Shown: piece by piece, positions 1 to 13,713 of the stretch
Numbering within the stretch: position 1 is the first letter of the stretch
Layout: each line of letters begins with the position of its first letter
Origin: Octopus vulgaris
Taxonomy: Eukaryota
Length of the DNA: 64,000 nt
Direction of reading: 5' to 3'
NCBI GenBank assembly: GCA_951406725.2
Contig: OX597830.1
Span: 67,890,001 to 67,954,000, forward strand
The notes under the pieces: generated by a model
Told to the model about the DNA's origin: nothing
Seen by the model: only the letters and a program-made list of their open reading frames with translations
Databases searched by the model: none
Made by a program: the position numbers and the translations under genes

Positions 1-547
1 CTCTCATGGCTTCTGATCTTAACTGATTGGAAGTGTTATCATGTACATTGTTTTGTCTTGGTATAAAAGATGGGCTACAGCAAATATTCTGCTCAATACC
101 ACAGATTTGCTTGTCAGTTGTTTGACCTTAACCAGTTGAGCATGTCCCTTAGTGGCTGACGATATGTGCATCTCTGATCACGAGCAGAAGTAGTGGGGGA
201 GCATCATAGCCATGTGTTGAGAGGGATTCTTTGGGGTTTGAATAGTTCACCTCTGGAAACATGGGTGGTTCTTTCAACATCCTTAAACAACCCTTATTCA
301 GGGACCGTTTGAGCGGGATGGGCTACTCAACCTGAAGAAAATTCTAACTGGGCCCCACCTGCAAGGTCATGTGCTGTTTATCTTGATATGAGATCACCAT
401 GTCGCACACATATGGTTGTGATGCATGTGCCTGGTGTACCTTTATCAGACGGGTAGTCATGATGGGTATATTGGGCTTCGTATATTTTACCCCAGTGTCA
501 CTTTGATGGCATGAACTGCTCTCTCACTCAATAATAATAATAATAAA
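1..547 (+). repeat. Dispersed repeat (retroelement 3' end) with (AAT)n tail
   Basis: 342-545 is nearly identical to 21385-21582, and both end in (AAT)n. Confidence 0.7.
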
Positions 548-699
548 TTGAAGTGCAGTGGAGCCAGAAGCCTCTGCATGGACAGTATATACATTGAAGC
601 CGAAATGCTGATGTAGACCAAGCAACAACCTATCAGTAGCTGAGAAGCTCAGGACTGAAAACAGTGACTGAAAGTTTCATATTGGCAGCAAAGATCAAA

Positions 700-1310
700 T
701 GTTGCCTTCCCGGAGAGTCATGAGAAGCTAAAGAAACTTTACAACAAAGTTTTTCTGAAAGTACGATTCCTTCTTGGCTCGTTAATGGTGTTACATTTCT
801 ACTTCAGAAAAATGAAGAAGCAAATGAACCAAAAAATCATAGACCCATAACCTGCTTAACAACAATGTATAAAATACTAACATCTGTCTTAACTGACTAT
901 ACCTGTAGTTTTTTAATAGAAGTGGTATCTTCCTTAATGAACAAAAGATTGTAAACATGGGTTCTATAGTTGTAAAGATCAGCAACTCATCAATAAGATG
1001 ATTTTGGAAGATTGTCACAAACAACACAAGAACTTATCAATAGTATGATAAATAAGTCTTTGATAGTCTACCACAAAGCTGGATTGGAAATATTTGGGAA
1101 GTTATAAAATAGCACCTGCTCTGCAAAACGTCTTATGGTATGAGATTATGGAAAACAACACTGACTTTGAATAGTGACAAAGAATCTTTCAATGCTAGGA
1201 ATGTAAGAATTTCATGTGGCACTTTCCAGAGCGACCCTATAAACACTCTTCTTTTGTCTAGCTTTAATGCCTCTTTAGAAATTGCTCGGTGATAGGCAAA
1301 TAGCTATGTC
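700..1310 (+). mobile_element. Degenerate R4/Dong-like non-LTR RT fragment
   Basis: Frameshifted NEPKNHRPITCLTTMYKILTS and CKDQQLINK motifs. Confidence 0.65.
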
Positions 1311-1576
1311 TTTTAAAAACATTCATGATTAACAACGATGAATATAATGATCAAATTCTTCCATTAACGTTATTAAGTTTTGGATCAACCTTAAAGAATA
1401 AAATTTAAGGATTGTGGGGTCTGACAGAAGTAGAGAATTGAAAGACATTTTGTACTGCTTTTGCCCTTTCTATGATAAATATTGAGGACTGAAATATCTG
1501 GAATAAGTTTGTCACACTAAGTTATTACACATAATTACATAAAATTTAAGCATTAAACTTCAAATCCAAATATTAC

Positions 1577-1602
1577 TCCTCCTCCTCCTCCTCCTCCTCC
1601 TC

Positions 1603-1653
<51 letters not shown>

Positions 1654-1678
1654 ATACCACTACTACAGTAACTACTAT
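1577..1678. repeat. (CCT)n/(ACT)n microsatellite
   Basis: Seen directly; explains spurious ORF 1553-1870. Confidence 0.95.
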
Positions 1679-1924
1679 CATTTGGCAACATGTTAGGCAT
1701 AATTGTGCAGACCAATGGTCACGGTCTTTTAATTGTGACCACCCTATCTTTTTTTCCAAGTCATCTACAATTTCATCTTGGACATCTTTATCTGATTTGT
1801 GCTTCCGTTTTAAGTCAGTAGGGTGATATAATATGGTGATTCCATATTTATTTCTATTTAATAACAACATAGATATTCTTCATATATTCCCGTCATAACC
1901 TTGTCATTTCATTATGAACACTGA

Positions 1925-2692
1925 ACATCAGAATATAAAGCTAGAAGAAATACTGCTAAGCATTTTCCCCGTTACACTAACGACTGGCAAGCTCACTGTT
2001 TTGGGAAATAATATGAACAATAATAAAAGTAGAGTGTAGGAATTACAAGGTATCATATGAGTCAGCAGTGATTTGCGTTGGACAAAGCATATCTCTAAAA
2101 TTGTCAAGAAGGTCGAGGGTGTCTTGGCATCACTCAGCAAGACTTTTGTTAGCCGCTCTCCAGCCATCTATTTAAAACTGTATACAGCTATGGTACGACC
2201 ACACTTGGAATTCGCATCATCAGTTTGGAACCCCTATCTTGCTCAGAACATTGACCTCCTGGAATCTGTCCAGAGACGTGCAACCAAACGCATACCCTCC
2301 ATCAGACACCTACCATATTCTGAGCGCCTTGCTTCCCTGGGCATGGATTCACTGAAGCTCCGGTGTCTGGCGACGGACTTGGAAAACACCCACAAAGTTA
2401 TCAACCACCTCACCAACAACAACACTGAACACCTTTTTGATCTCCATGAGTCTGACACACGTGGACATGCCTACAAAGTCAGAAAACAACACAGCTCCCA
2501 TGACTTTCGGAAACAATTTTTCACGCTCAGAGTTGCTGAAGCATGGAATAAACTGCCTGCATCAGTTGTTGACTGCCATGACACTGCATCCTTTAAGGCC
2601 CTCATGCTTTCCGAAATCCGCCAAAACTACACCTGATTATATATACACTTTAGATGAGTTGTAGTGCACCTGAGCACTGTACACAATTATTA

Positions 2693-2723
<31 letters not shown>

Positions 2724-2726
2724 CAT
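1925..2726 (+). mobile_element. 5'-truncated CR1/L2-group LINE (RT C-terminus, ORF 2073-2636)
   Basis: LYTAMVRPHLEFASSVWNP, LESVQRRATK, RGH..K and WNKLP motifs; (ATT)n tail. Confidence 0.85.
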
Positions 2727-2739
2727 TAACTATTTTGAT

Positions 2740-3143
2740 TTACTCTCTTTACTCTTTTACTTGTTTCAGTCATTTGACTGCGGCCATGCTGGAGCACCGC
2801 CTTTAATCGAGCAACTTGACCCCGGGACTTATTCTTTTGTAAGCCCTGTACTTATTCTATTGGTCTCTTTTGCCGAAGCGCTAAGTAACGGGGACATAAA
2901 CACACCAGCATCGGTTGTCAAGCAATGCTAGGGGTACAAACACAGACACACAAACACACACATGCATATATATATATATATACATATATACGACGGGCTT
3001 CTTTCAGTTTCCATCTACCAAATCCACTCACAAGGCTTTGGTCGGCCCAAGGCTATAGTAGAAGACACTTGCCCAAGGTGCCACGCAGTGGGACTGAACC
3101 CGGAATCATGTGGTTGGTAAACAAGCTACTTACCACACAGCCA
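2740..3143 (-). mobile_element. tRNA-derived SINE
   Basis: Reverse complement begins TGGCTGTGTGG (A box) ... GGTTCAGTCC (B box). Related copies at 50541-50898 (-) and 17051-17165 (+). Confidence 0.8.
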
Positions 3144-3194
3144 CAAGAACATTTTAATATCAACACACTGTTTCATGTAAAATCTATATTACAG

Positions 3195-3289
3195 CAAAGA
3201 ACAACATAGAAAATATGAGGCTCGGATTGGCATGGAACAAACCTGATGTTCTAAAACGTCTAATATCTGAAGGAGATATTCCCTGGGAA
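3195..3289 (+). CDS. TRPM-like exon, MHR3/MHR4 boundary (last exon of an upstream module)
   Basis: tattacag|...|gtaaga, 95 nt. Encodes [31 protein letters not shown], matching the TRPM L.LALAWNR.D...W motif. Confidence 0.85.
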
Positions 3290-6200
3290 GTAAGATAATA
3301 TCTTTTTTTATCACTTCATGTTGTGAACAATTATTAATTTAAAATTTTTTATCTTCTTGAGAGGATGAAGAGTAAAATGTTTTCAATAAAAATGTATTTT
3401 AAATATCGTTTTAATAATTTGAATGCTTGTAAAATAATTATTGCTTGTTTGTTAAATTTTTTCACTGGAGATAGTCGAAGGATCACTTTAGGCAGGAATA
3501 GCAAGTGGGAAATTTATGAACCTTGTGTATGTGTGTGTGCATACTTATTTGTCAGAATGTGTATGATGCTGCTGTGTACATCCATGTGCGTTTATCTCTG
3601 TCTGTCTGTCTCTCCCTATAAAAAAAAAACAAAAAAACTTAGATATGTTTCGACCAAAGATTGGTCCAGGCCATGTCTAACTTAATAGCACCACCTAATA
3701 GGATTATTCGAATCCTGTTTAAGTCAAGTTTTGTTCAAGTAGTGAGTTCTTGTTGGGTGAGTTGTATCCAGTTTTGTTCAAGTAGTGAGTTCTTGTTGGG
3801 TGAGTTGTATCCAATTATGGGTGGCTTATCTGGTATTCTTTGAAGGAATCTATCCAGACTCTGTTTAAAGTTGATGGGATCCTTTTCCTCTTTGATCTCT
3901 CTCGGGACAATGTTAAATAGGGCAGGGCCTGTTGAGGAAAAGAAATTATGTTGCAGTGTACATGTATGTTGTGATCTTGAATTTGGCAGGGGACGTATAG
4001 CCCGTGGTCCAAGTCTTGGATGAACCTTGAAGCTAATGTTTAGGTCGTTTGGGCAAAGTTGGCGGTATATTTTCCGCATCGTACAAATGATGTACCGCTC
4101 ACGGCGACGCTGGAGGGAGTAAAGTTTCAAGGCTTTAAGGCGATCCCAATAATCGAGAGCAGCCATGCCTTCAATTCGTTTAGTGAGTGCCCTCTGGGGT
4201 GACTCAATTCTGGAGATGTTTTGTCTTGTGTGAGGAGACCACAGTGGGCAGCAGTATTCAAGGTGTGGCCGTACAAAGGAGGAAAAAAGTGGTATGATGA
4301 CACCTTGTTCTCTGGACCGGAAAGTTCTTAAGATCCAGGAACTCATCCTACGAGCTATATCGACCTTCTTGTTGATGTGTGCACTCCAACTGAGATCGTC
4401 ATCAACAATTACACCCATGTCTCTGATATTGTTAGAGGCTGTGAGCGGTTCCCCTGAAGGAAGAGAGTATGGCTGTTTTAGTGAGGAGTTTCTTCCAAAA
4501 TGCATCAGCTCAAATTTTCCCTCGTTCAGTTGCATTTTGTTTCTGTCTGCCCATTGACTCACGGCATATAGATCAGACTGGAGTTGAGTTCGGTCTGCTT
4601 CTTCATTGACGATTTGCTTGAGCTTGGTGTCATCAGCAAATATTTTCACTTTGCAGTGATGTACGACACTGGAAAGGTCGTTTATGTAGATTATGAAGAG
4701 TAGCGGACCCAAGACAGTCCCCTGGGGGACACCGCTGGTGACTTTTGCTGGGCTTGAGTGGACTCCATCAACTACAACATGTTGTGTTCTATTCGCCAGG
4801 AAATACTTGATCCAGTGTAGAACTTTTCCACGGATTCCAACATTTGCCAATTTTGAGAGTAGGATATTATGGTCTACCCTGTCGAACGCTTTACTGAAGT
4901 CAAGATATATGACATCAGAGTTCGAACCTGTTCCCAAGGCTTTGAGTACATCTTCAATGTGATGTAAGAACTGTGTTAGACAGTCCCTGCCACAGCGAAA
5001 GCCATGCTGATTTGCATTTAGGAGTTTCTGGGTCTCCAGGAAGTCAGCCATCCTTGATCTTAACACTCTTTCAAACACTTTGATGATGTGGGAGGTGAGT
5101 GAGATTGGGCGATAGTTGAGTGCGAGGGATCTGTTTCCCTGTTTGAAAACCGGGATGACTGACTGGGATAGAAACTGTCTTGGTATATAACCTGCATCTA
5201 ACGAATTTCTCCAGAGGTTGGTCAGAGGGACTGCAAGTTGGTGTTTACATTCCTTCAGGAGACTAGCGGGGAATCTATCAGGGCCTACAGCAGAGTAGTA
5301 TTTGACCTCATTTATTGCTGCTACGATGTCAGTGGGAGTGAAGGTTATGTCTGCAATTTTGTGTTGGGAGTCAACTTCGTTCGTTTCTCTTACGTCAATA
5401 TCAGTGGGAACACTAAAGACAGAGCAGTATTGTTTCTGCAGTATTTCTGCCATTTCTTTAGCATCGTGTTGGGGAATGCCGTTAGCATCAATCAATGGCC
5501 CAATGGGTGAGACAGGGGTTCTATGCTTATTTGCATAGGAATAGAACACTTTTGGGTTCTGTTTGATGTTTTTGATTACCCACTGTTCCTCCGCAGCTCT
5601 TTGATTTTCAATGGAGGTTTTCATGTCGTTCTGCAGATGAAGTTTTTCCAGCTCTAGCCTTTTCATTGTTGTTGAACGTGGATGTTGTTTGTGGGAATAT
5701 TTTAATTGGTTGATTTTTTTGTTAAGTCTTTTGATGCGCCTGATGAGTGTTTTCTTCTTTTTAGGGAGCCGATTTCTGTTTGTGTTAGTAGATTTCGTGG
5801 GAGCGTGTTTAGACCATGTATATGTGACAATGTTTTCAAAGTGCTGCCATGCGGTCTCAATATGGGTGGAATTGAGAGTAAAAGACCAGTCGATGAAAGA
5901 CAGATCCTTTCTGATTGCTCCCCAGTCCGCTTTGTGGAAGTTTATGTTATCAAATGAGTGCCATGGAGTGGGATTGGCTGGTTTGGTTTTTATATGTCGG
6001 GAATTGAAATTGCAGAGTACCATGTCGTGATCTGAGAGGAGAGTTTTTTCAACTGAAATACTGTGAACGAAGCTAGAGTGATTGGTCAATACCAGATCCA
6101 AGATCGTTTTATTCTGTCTCGTTGGTTCGAGCACAAGCTGAGTCAGGAAGTATTCATCCATTAGATTAAAGAGCAGTTCCGCTGCTGCTCTATCTGATGT

Positions 6201-8428
6201 AGAGCACTTGCCTAACTTTAGTGTATTTGTGGGCCAGTTCACATGAGGGAGGTTAAAATCACCCATTACTAGTATGTTTCCGGAGTGGTACTTCCGAAGG
6301 AAGGACTTGACTTTGCTAAGGCACTCTTCAAAGCACTTTAAAGGTGCTTGGGGAGGCCTGTAAAGACCAACAATGACTATGTCCTTGGCCTTGCTGAATA
6401 GTGATACAGATTCACAATAGCCATTGGAAAATATGTCCTTGGCATCAAGTAAGAAGGAGTCATGGATAAAGATGGCTGTCCCTCCCTTATTTCGGTTTGT
6501 ACGATCCGCACGAACAATGGTAAAATCTTTTATTTTCACCTCGGCGTCTATATGGGTGTTGTTCAGGTGAGTCTCGGTAAGGATAAAGAAAGGGAAGCAA
6601 TGTGTCGTTTCGGCAAGCCAACTCTCTATATATGGGATCTTCCATTTTTGGGCAATAATTGATGGGTTGATGCCACGTACATTTAATAGGAATGTCGAGG
6701 TAAGTGAAGTTTGATGTTTGCATTGTTCTAAGTTGTTCAGTGGTAACAATGTGGGTAGTTCTTGTATGGAGCTGTGTGTGTATGATTTTCTTGTTGGTAG
6801 TGGGTGTGTGGTCCTTGTGATTTGCATAGGTGGTTGCTGATAGCTCGTTGGATCTCCTGGCTTAGGTCGGCCTTCATATTTTCTAGGTAAGTCAGTAAAA
6901 AAGAGAGTTACCACTTTGGTTTGCCACTTGGTCGGAGGATACATATTTCATGTTTGTGTTATTTGGTGTTATGGTTTTTTCATGGTTCCGTCTTCGTTGT
7001 TTGATTGTAGGAGGGGAAACGTGATTGTATGTTGCTTTAATTGTTGTCGAAGATCTCCTCTGTTGCTGTTTATATATATTTTGTGATCGTTTTGTGCCCT
7101 TCAGATGGTGGTGGTTGCATTCTGGGTTCAGGCACATCCTTAGTGACACAGAAGTTTGGCACAGTTTAGGATGAAAGAAGGTGCATCTATTGCCTTTTGT
7201 ACATCCATATTTGGGATCAGGACCATGGATTCTGTATTTAGGACAGTATTTGGGGTGGAGGTGAGGACAGTTTTTTCCCGTTATACCGTGTGGACAGATG
7301 CCCTTAACAAGTCTACGACATAGGGTGGGATGGGAAAAAGCACAGCGTCCCTTGTTGTTGTTGCCGCTGGGGCCAAATTTACAGTTGCCTTGAGCATAGT
7401 AAAGGCAGGGTGTTTGATATGGGTGTATGGGTGATTTTTCTATAGCAGAGTGTTGTTGTTGCTGTAGCAGCAGTGAAACTTGACTTGCAACAGCAGGGCT
7501 AGCAGGTGGAATCGGGTCAGGTACTGGTGATGTAGTAGCAGAGACAGGCTGTTGTGGTAGTGAGTCCTGTGGAGTGGGTGAAACTTGACTTTCAACAGCA
7601 GAGCTAGCAGGTGGAATCGGGTCAGGTACTGGTGATGTAGTAGCAGAAACAGGCTGTTGTGATAGTGAGTCCTGTGGAATGGGTGGAATGAGGTCAGATG
7701 TTTGTTGCTGGCTATCGAGTCGTTGAAGTGATCCCTGACCTGTTGGAGTTGGGTCATTTGGTGCACTACATTCATTGACAAGGATTGCTTTTAGTGTTGC
7801 CATGTGCGTGTGAATAATAGGAAATATTCTGACAATCTCTTTTGTTTTATTTTCTATCTGTTTTACAGATCTGTGAAAGGATTGCTTTGCTAATTTTTCA
7901 GCTATTTTACTGTAAACATTAGCTTCATTGTGGTGAGTGTACCAAGCGTTTATCATTGCAGTGATTTCATTTTCAACCCAGTGGCGTTTTTGAATATTAT
8001 CGGCCATATTCAGTGGGACAGTATTATACACTGTACGTTAGTTATTGATGAAAAGTTTGTGTCGATATATTCGGAAATGCGTGGCTATATCTGAGTGTGT
8101 GTGGGAGAGTTCAGTGTATATAGTACAAATCAGGATGAGCGCTGAGTTTAATACAGATCAAGGAAAAAGAATTGTACTCACGGGGCTAGTTTTAGAACTA
8201 GTCTTGGGTTTAGATTTGGTTTAAATTTCTTTCTCCAGGTTGTATATAAATTTGTATAAATTTATCCTCCGATGGTAGTAGAAGAGTAGAATAGTAGAAT
8301 TGAAGAATTCAAAAGTACTGGGACTAAAAACAATGAGAGTTTCTGCTGGCTTGAGTTGAAATATGCTTCTTTGGCTACTGACTTTCACCGGAGCTATAAA
8401 AAGTACGTCTTGTCAGGACGAATGCCTT

Positions 8429-8526
<98 letters not shown>

Positions 8527-8726
8527 CGGGAAGCTTTATGAAAATAAACAAAAGACGAAGGCAGGTGGAAAACAAACGAACAATTGTATTAGTATGGCGC
8601 TCAGGAAATATAAATAAAACAAGTCTTTAACGTTTCGAGCCTACGCTCTTCAACAGAAAGATACACAGAGAGAGAAAAACACAGAAAGAAGGAGAGAAAA
8701 AAAATGCGTGCAGTAGCTAACGATAC

Positions 8727-8786
<60 letters not shown>

Positions 8787-8957
8787 GGAGTATATATATA
8801 TATATACCGGAGTAAACACATAAATGTGAAACAAGGTGGAAAAAAGAGTAATCAAATACCAGTGGTAGATTAATATGCTTTATTTAAAGCAGCATAAAAT
8901 TCAACATAACCTGTTACTCTGAGTTTCCCGTTGCCGTTCATCGGACAGTTTTTGCTA

Positions 8958-9016
<59 letters not shown>

Positions 9017-11122
9017 CATACACACAATTATGTATCATCATTTAACTGCCATCTTCCTTGCTAACGTAGGTTGGACAATCCAATAGGATCAAAACATCTG
9101 GAGGACTGCGTTGAGCTCCAATGTCTACTTTAGCATGGTTTCTTTTTAGTGGGGGAAAAAGAGGAAAATAATCAGAATATAATATGAAAGTTGGATGGTA
9201 CTGACTTCATAAACAAAGGAAGAAAGTCTTTGAAGAATGTAGTTATAGTTGGACATTCCTTAGCCTCTTACATTGGAAGATAAACATCCAGTGAACTGAG
9301 ACACTGACCTAGTTTCAATTCCCAGTTTCAATTCCTTGTTTCAATTTCTGCTTGAAGGAAATTAAGAAGTTATCATAAATTTGTATTTCTCTTCCTATAA
9401 AATTGTTGTCACGTGCTTCATATAAAACAATGAATATGATAAATATTAAATATCATCATTATCAGTTAGACATCTGTCCTTCTGTGCTGACACATTGTTG
9501 CATAGGTCTATTCTATTGTATATCACAATTCCGTTGATCTTCCATAATTTTATTTGTTAAACCCTGCATTCTCATGTCACAGTTGACAATTTCTTCCAGT
9601 GACTCATCATTAATATTACTCTTCTCTGTATACCTCCATTATCTCAGTCAGATCTGTCAACGTATAAAATGCATCAAAGACAGAGCAAGGTTAACATTCG
9701 ATGACTTTGTTGGCTTTGACAGTGCCATATTCCTTTAAGTTCTATTCTATCATGAACGTATCGTATGGAATGAAAATTATGTTCTTGTAGAGATGAATAA
9801 TCAGAAACCTTATGGAATATTTGTTCCATTTCCAAAACTTAGCACTTGGAAATGTAGAATGTTTAGTGAATTCAAGTTAAAAAGTTACCCAGGTTGGAAG
9901 TGCAATATGCTTTCAAGGGGGGGTGGACTACAAAATATTAAATAAACAGAACTATTTAACTGTTCTTTGTATTCCTTTTCCCATTCATTTTAGTCATTTT
10001 TTAAAGATATATTAGAGCTATTCTCTTGTGTCTGGGGAGAGTCATTCTCTTTTAGTGCCTTATAATCTGACAAACTCACTGGTAAAATTTTCACTCATTT
10101 CCTTCTTTATTTTTCTAAAATTTTCACTGCGTCCTGCAACCTTTTCAATAGTTTATAATTATATCTTTGTAAGTCTGACATGGCTTATAAGTTTTACACA
10201 AATGATTAAACTGGTTAAGCAAAATTCTGTTATCATGATGTGGCACTGTTTCTATCCAGATTTCATTCATTACAGTCCAATGTCAAAACCAGTGTACCAT
10301 GCAAAAAATTGTAAATAAGACAAACTGAAATCATGTGTATCTGTATTAATAGTGATGAGATTATCTCCACCTGATAATCTTGGCTTTACTCGTGTCTTGT
10401 ACTGTTTATATGTCTTCTCTATAATTTGTTGTAAATTTTGAGATTCTCTGTTATAGAATTAATGTCAGATGTTGGAACTCCATCATTCCTTCAAACATTC
10501 AAATTAAAATTTTTTTTATTTTCAGGATGTAAAGAAATGGATTCAGGAAAACATAAAATTGAGGTAATTCAAGCAATAAGCTCATAATTCTGATAGAATA
10601 TAAGTACATGAGTAGAAGGATTTCAGTTATACTACATAGTGAGTTGAAAAACTTTGGTCAACCAAGATTATCCAAGTAACTAGTTGACAAAAACTTCTGG
10701 GGATGTCAGTAACCCCAAAACAACAAGCAATGAAGATAACTTAAAATTAATTGATTGTTGATTTATACATAAGTCTTTTCACATAATATATTGCAAATAT
10801 ACTAAGTTGCTACACTTCAAAAACTCTTACACCATTAGATCACTGGTGTTATTTATCAATAGCGGAAAAAAGTCAACAGAAGGCTCAAAAAAATTTGGTT
10901 GGCAAAATGAGAATTCATCATTTCTGTATACTTAATTCTTTTAAGACAGCTCTAGTATTAATAATTTTAACAATCAGACTCATTTCTTTTATTGGTGAAA
11001 GAAGTTAGAGTTTATGATATCGATTTCTTTCTCTGTTTTGTAAGGATCAGATTGCTGTAAATCAACTCAGTGGGAAATCCATAGTGTCTGCTAATGATAC
11101 TTCAAATTATACTCATGCATAC

Positions 11123-11160
<38 letters not shown>

Positions 11161-13676
11161 GGATACAGAAAGAGAGAGAGACACACACACACACAAAGAG
11201 AGAGAGATTTACTCATTTTGGAATTCTACTTTCTGGCAAGAGACTTCACCAAAGTTTGTGTTGAACGTAAAATGACTTCATCATGGATGGTGAATGATAG
11301 CCATCTCATCATACATTTATTGTTATATTCACTATATTTATATTTTCATATTTAGTGTTAAATATGAGTTAAGGCGGCGAGCTGGCAGAAACATTACCAT
11401 GCTGGGTGAAATGCTTAGCGGTATTTCGTCTGTCTTTACGTTCTGAGTTTAAATTCCACCAAGGTCGACTTTGCCTTTCATCCTTTCAGGGTCGATTAAT
11501 TAAGTACCAGTTGCATACTAGGGTCGTTCTAATCGACTGTCCCCCTACCAAAAATTTTGGGTCCTGTGCCTAGAGTAGAAAAGAATATTAAATAGGAGTA
11601 AGTCTCAAAGGTTACATCAAATACATACTTTTTGGAGGTTTGGGATGAAGTTCAAAATGTCGTTTTATTGTTATTTAATAATTCAATAGATTCCAGTTTC
11701 CTCTGCTTCCGAAGATACTGAGGGGTAAGCAGCAATTAATGCATGAAATACAATATACGGGAAAATGAGATCTTTGTGTTTCTCAGCAAAAGGAATTCAA
11801 AGAAGCAAAAATATGAGAAATATAAATCAAAGTCAGTATATTAAGCCATGCGGAAATGGAAGACAACAGAGAGAGGGGGAGAGGGAAAGAGAAAATTAAG
11901 GGAAGGAGATGAGGATTGTCTATGTCTTATTATAGATGGTCATCATGATATTGGATACAAGAAGTGTTAGTAGGTATGGGATTTCTAGCAGAGGAGAGTG
12001 GAGATGGGTGGTTGATGTTCATGTGGAACTCAGGTGAAAAAGAAATAAGGAAAGAGTAAATAGCAACAGGTGTGTGTGGAGAGATGTGTGCCACTATACA
12101 ATGTATATGTGGGAGAGGGTAAGTATAAGATTCAAGCAGTGTGAATATGTATGTGCACTTGTATGTGGTGGATGGAATATGAGGGAAGGAGTTGGATAAA
12201 AAAAGAAATATTCTTTAATTCCAGTGGGAGATAATACTTATAAAGGGACAGTTAAGCAAAGTTAAAAAGTGAAAGGAAAAATTTAGGGGAAAATTTACCT
12301 TTAGGGGTTGATTCTGGAAAATTCACATTTAGGGGTTAATTATGGCTGTGGATTGATGCCTTTAAAAAGAAAATCAATCATTGTTCACTAAGACTTTTAT
12401 TGGATGAATTGGGATATCGGAGAAATCTGTAAACGCCAACAGCATGTTGACCAACTCCGTACACAGGTGTGTGTGTGCATGAATGTGTGTGCGTGCACAT
12501 ATGTGTATGCATGTGTAAATATTCACTGATGAATACATCCATTAATTTTAATGTTGTACTTGTTTGTCAAATGACTTGATCTGAAGTTGAATGTTGAATC
12601 TAAAACAATTGCATCATGGGAAAGTCATAATAGCCATCACATCATGTATACACTATTGATAGAGATGTGAGAGAAATTATCTACTAACTCTTATCTGGAT
12701 GGAAAAGAGTTTCTAATTTAAGCACAAGACCAGCAATTTTTAGGGGAATGGTTAAATTAATACCATGAGCACCAGCACTTGACTACTACTTTATTTTATC
12801 AAACTCCAAGAGGACAAAAGACAAAGATGGCCTCATCAAAAATTGAACTCAGAATGTTAAGTATCAAAAGTAATATGTTTTAACAATTCTGCCAGCTCAT
12901 AACTGTACTGCCATTGTTTTTTAAATTTTGAGGAAATTTTAAATAATTGATAATATTTAAGAAAAAAATTCTTTCGCTCAGTGTCTGATACTAATTTGAT
13001 GTGACCTTTGCATTTGCAGGCAATAGTCACTGACATGTTTTGGTACTTTATTTTAATGACTCCCCAACTCCAGAAAGACAAAATGAAAGGTTGAGCAATG
13101 TAAAACTTGAACTCAATATAAATACTTGAAGCTAATACCACATGGTATTTTTTCTGACCCGCTAATGATCTTGTTGTTTACATATTTTAGTCTAATTAGA
13201 TTACCTCAGCAAAGCATAGCCTTCATCGGAGCTTGTCTTTTCTTACTCACCACATAATTATTATTAATTAAGAACAGTTTTTATCAATTACTATGTTGGC
13301 TAATGCTGAGAATACATATATTTTGCCAATCCAGGTAATATCAGGTAGTTACATAACTATAATAATTATAATTATATATTTTCAAATTTCATAGAAAATG
13401 AATGCTAATTTTCAAAATAAAAATATTTTTGAAATTAAAACATAAATTTTAATAGATTTTTCTGATTTGTTTATTTCTCATGAATATATACTATCAATAA
13501 TGATAATACTGTTTATATATTGAGGAACTACATTAGTAATAATATCTGATACAGTTAACTGTGACAAATACACATACCCAATATTACCTTTCATATGAAT
13601 TTAGTTGTACAGTAAGCAAGGGGGATAAATCCAATAAGATCAACATTTTCTTTCCTTGGGCAAGAGGGGAACAAAT

Positions 13677-13713
<37 letters not shown>

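Larger units (their letters stand above)
3640..8400 (-). mobile_element. Near full-length CR1/L2-group LINE with ORF1 and ORF2
   Basis: Two long overlapping ORFs, an uninterrupted APE+RT ORF and higher GC than the flanks. Boundaries are approximate. Confidence 0.9.

Noticed and set aside
8363-8855. Short ORFs rich in YIYI/THTH/VCVC (also near 17081, 45028, 47802, 60108)
   Set aside because: They are translations of (TA)n, (CA)n and (TATG)n microsatellites.
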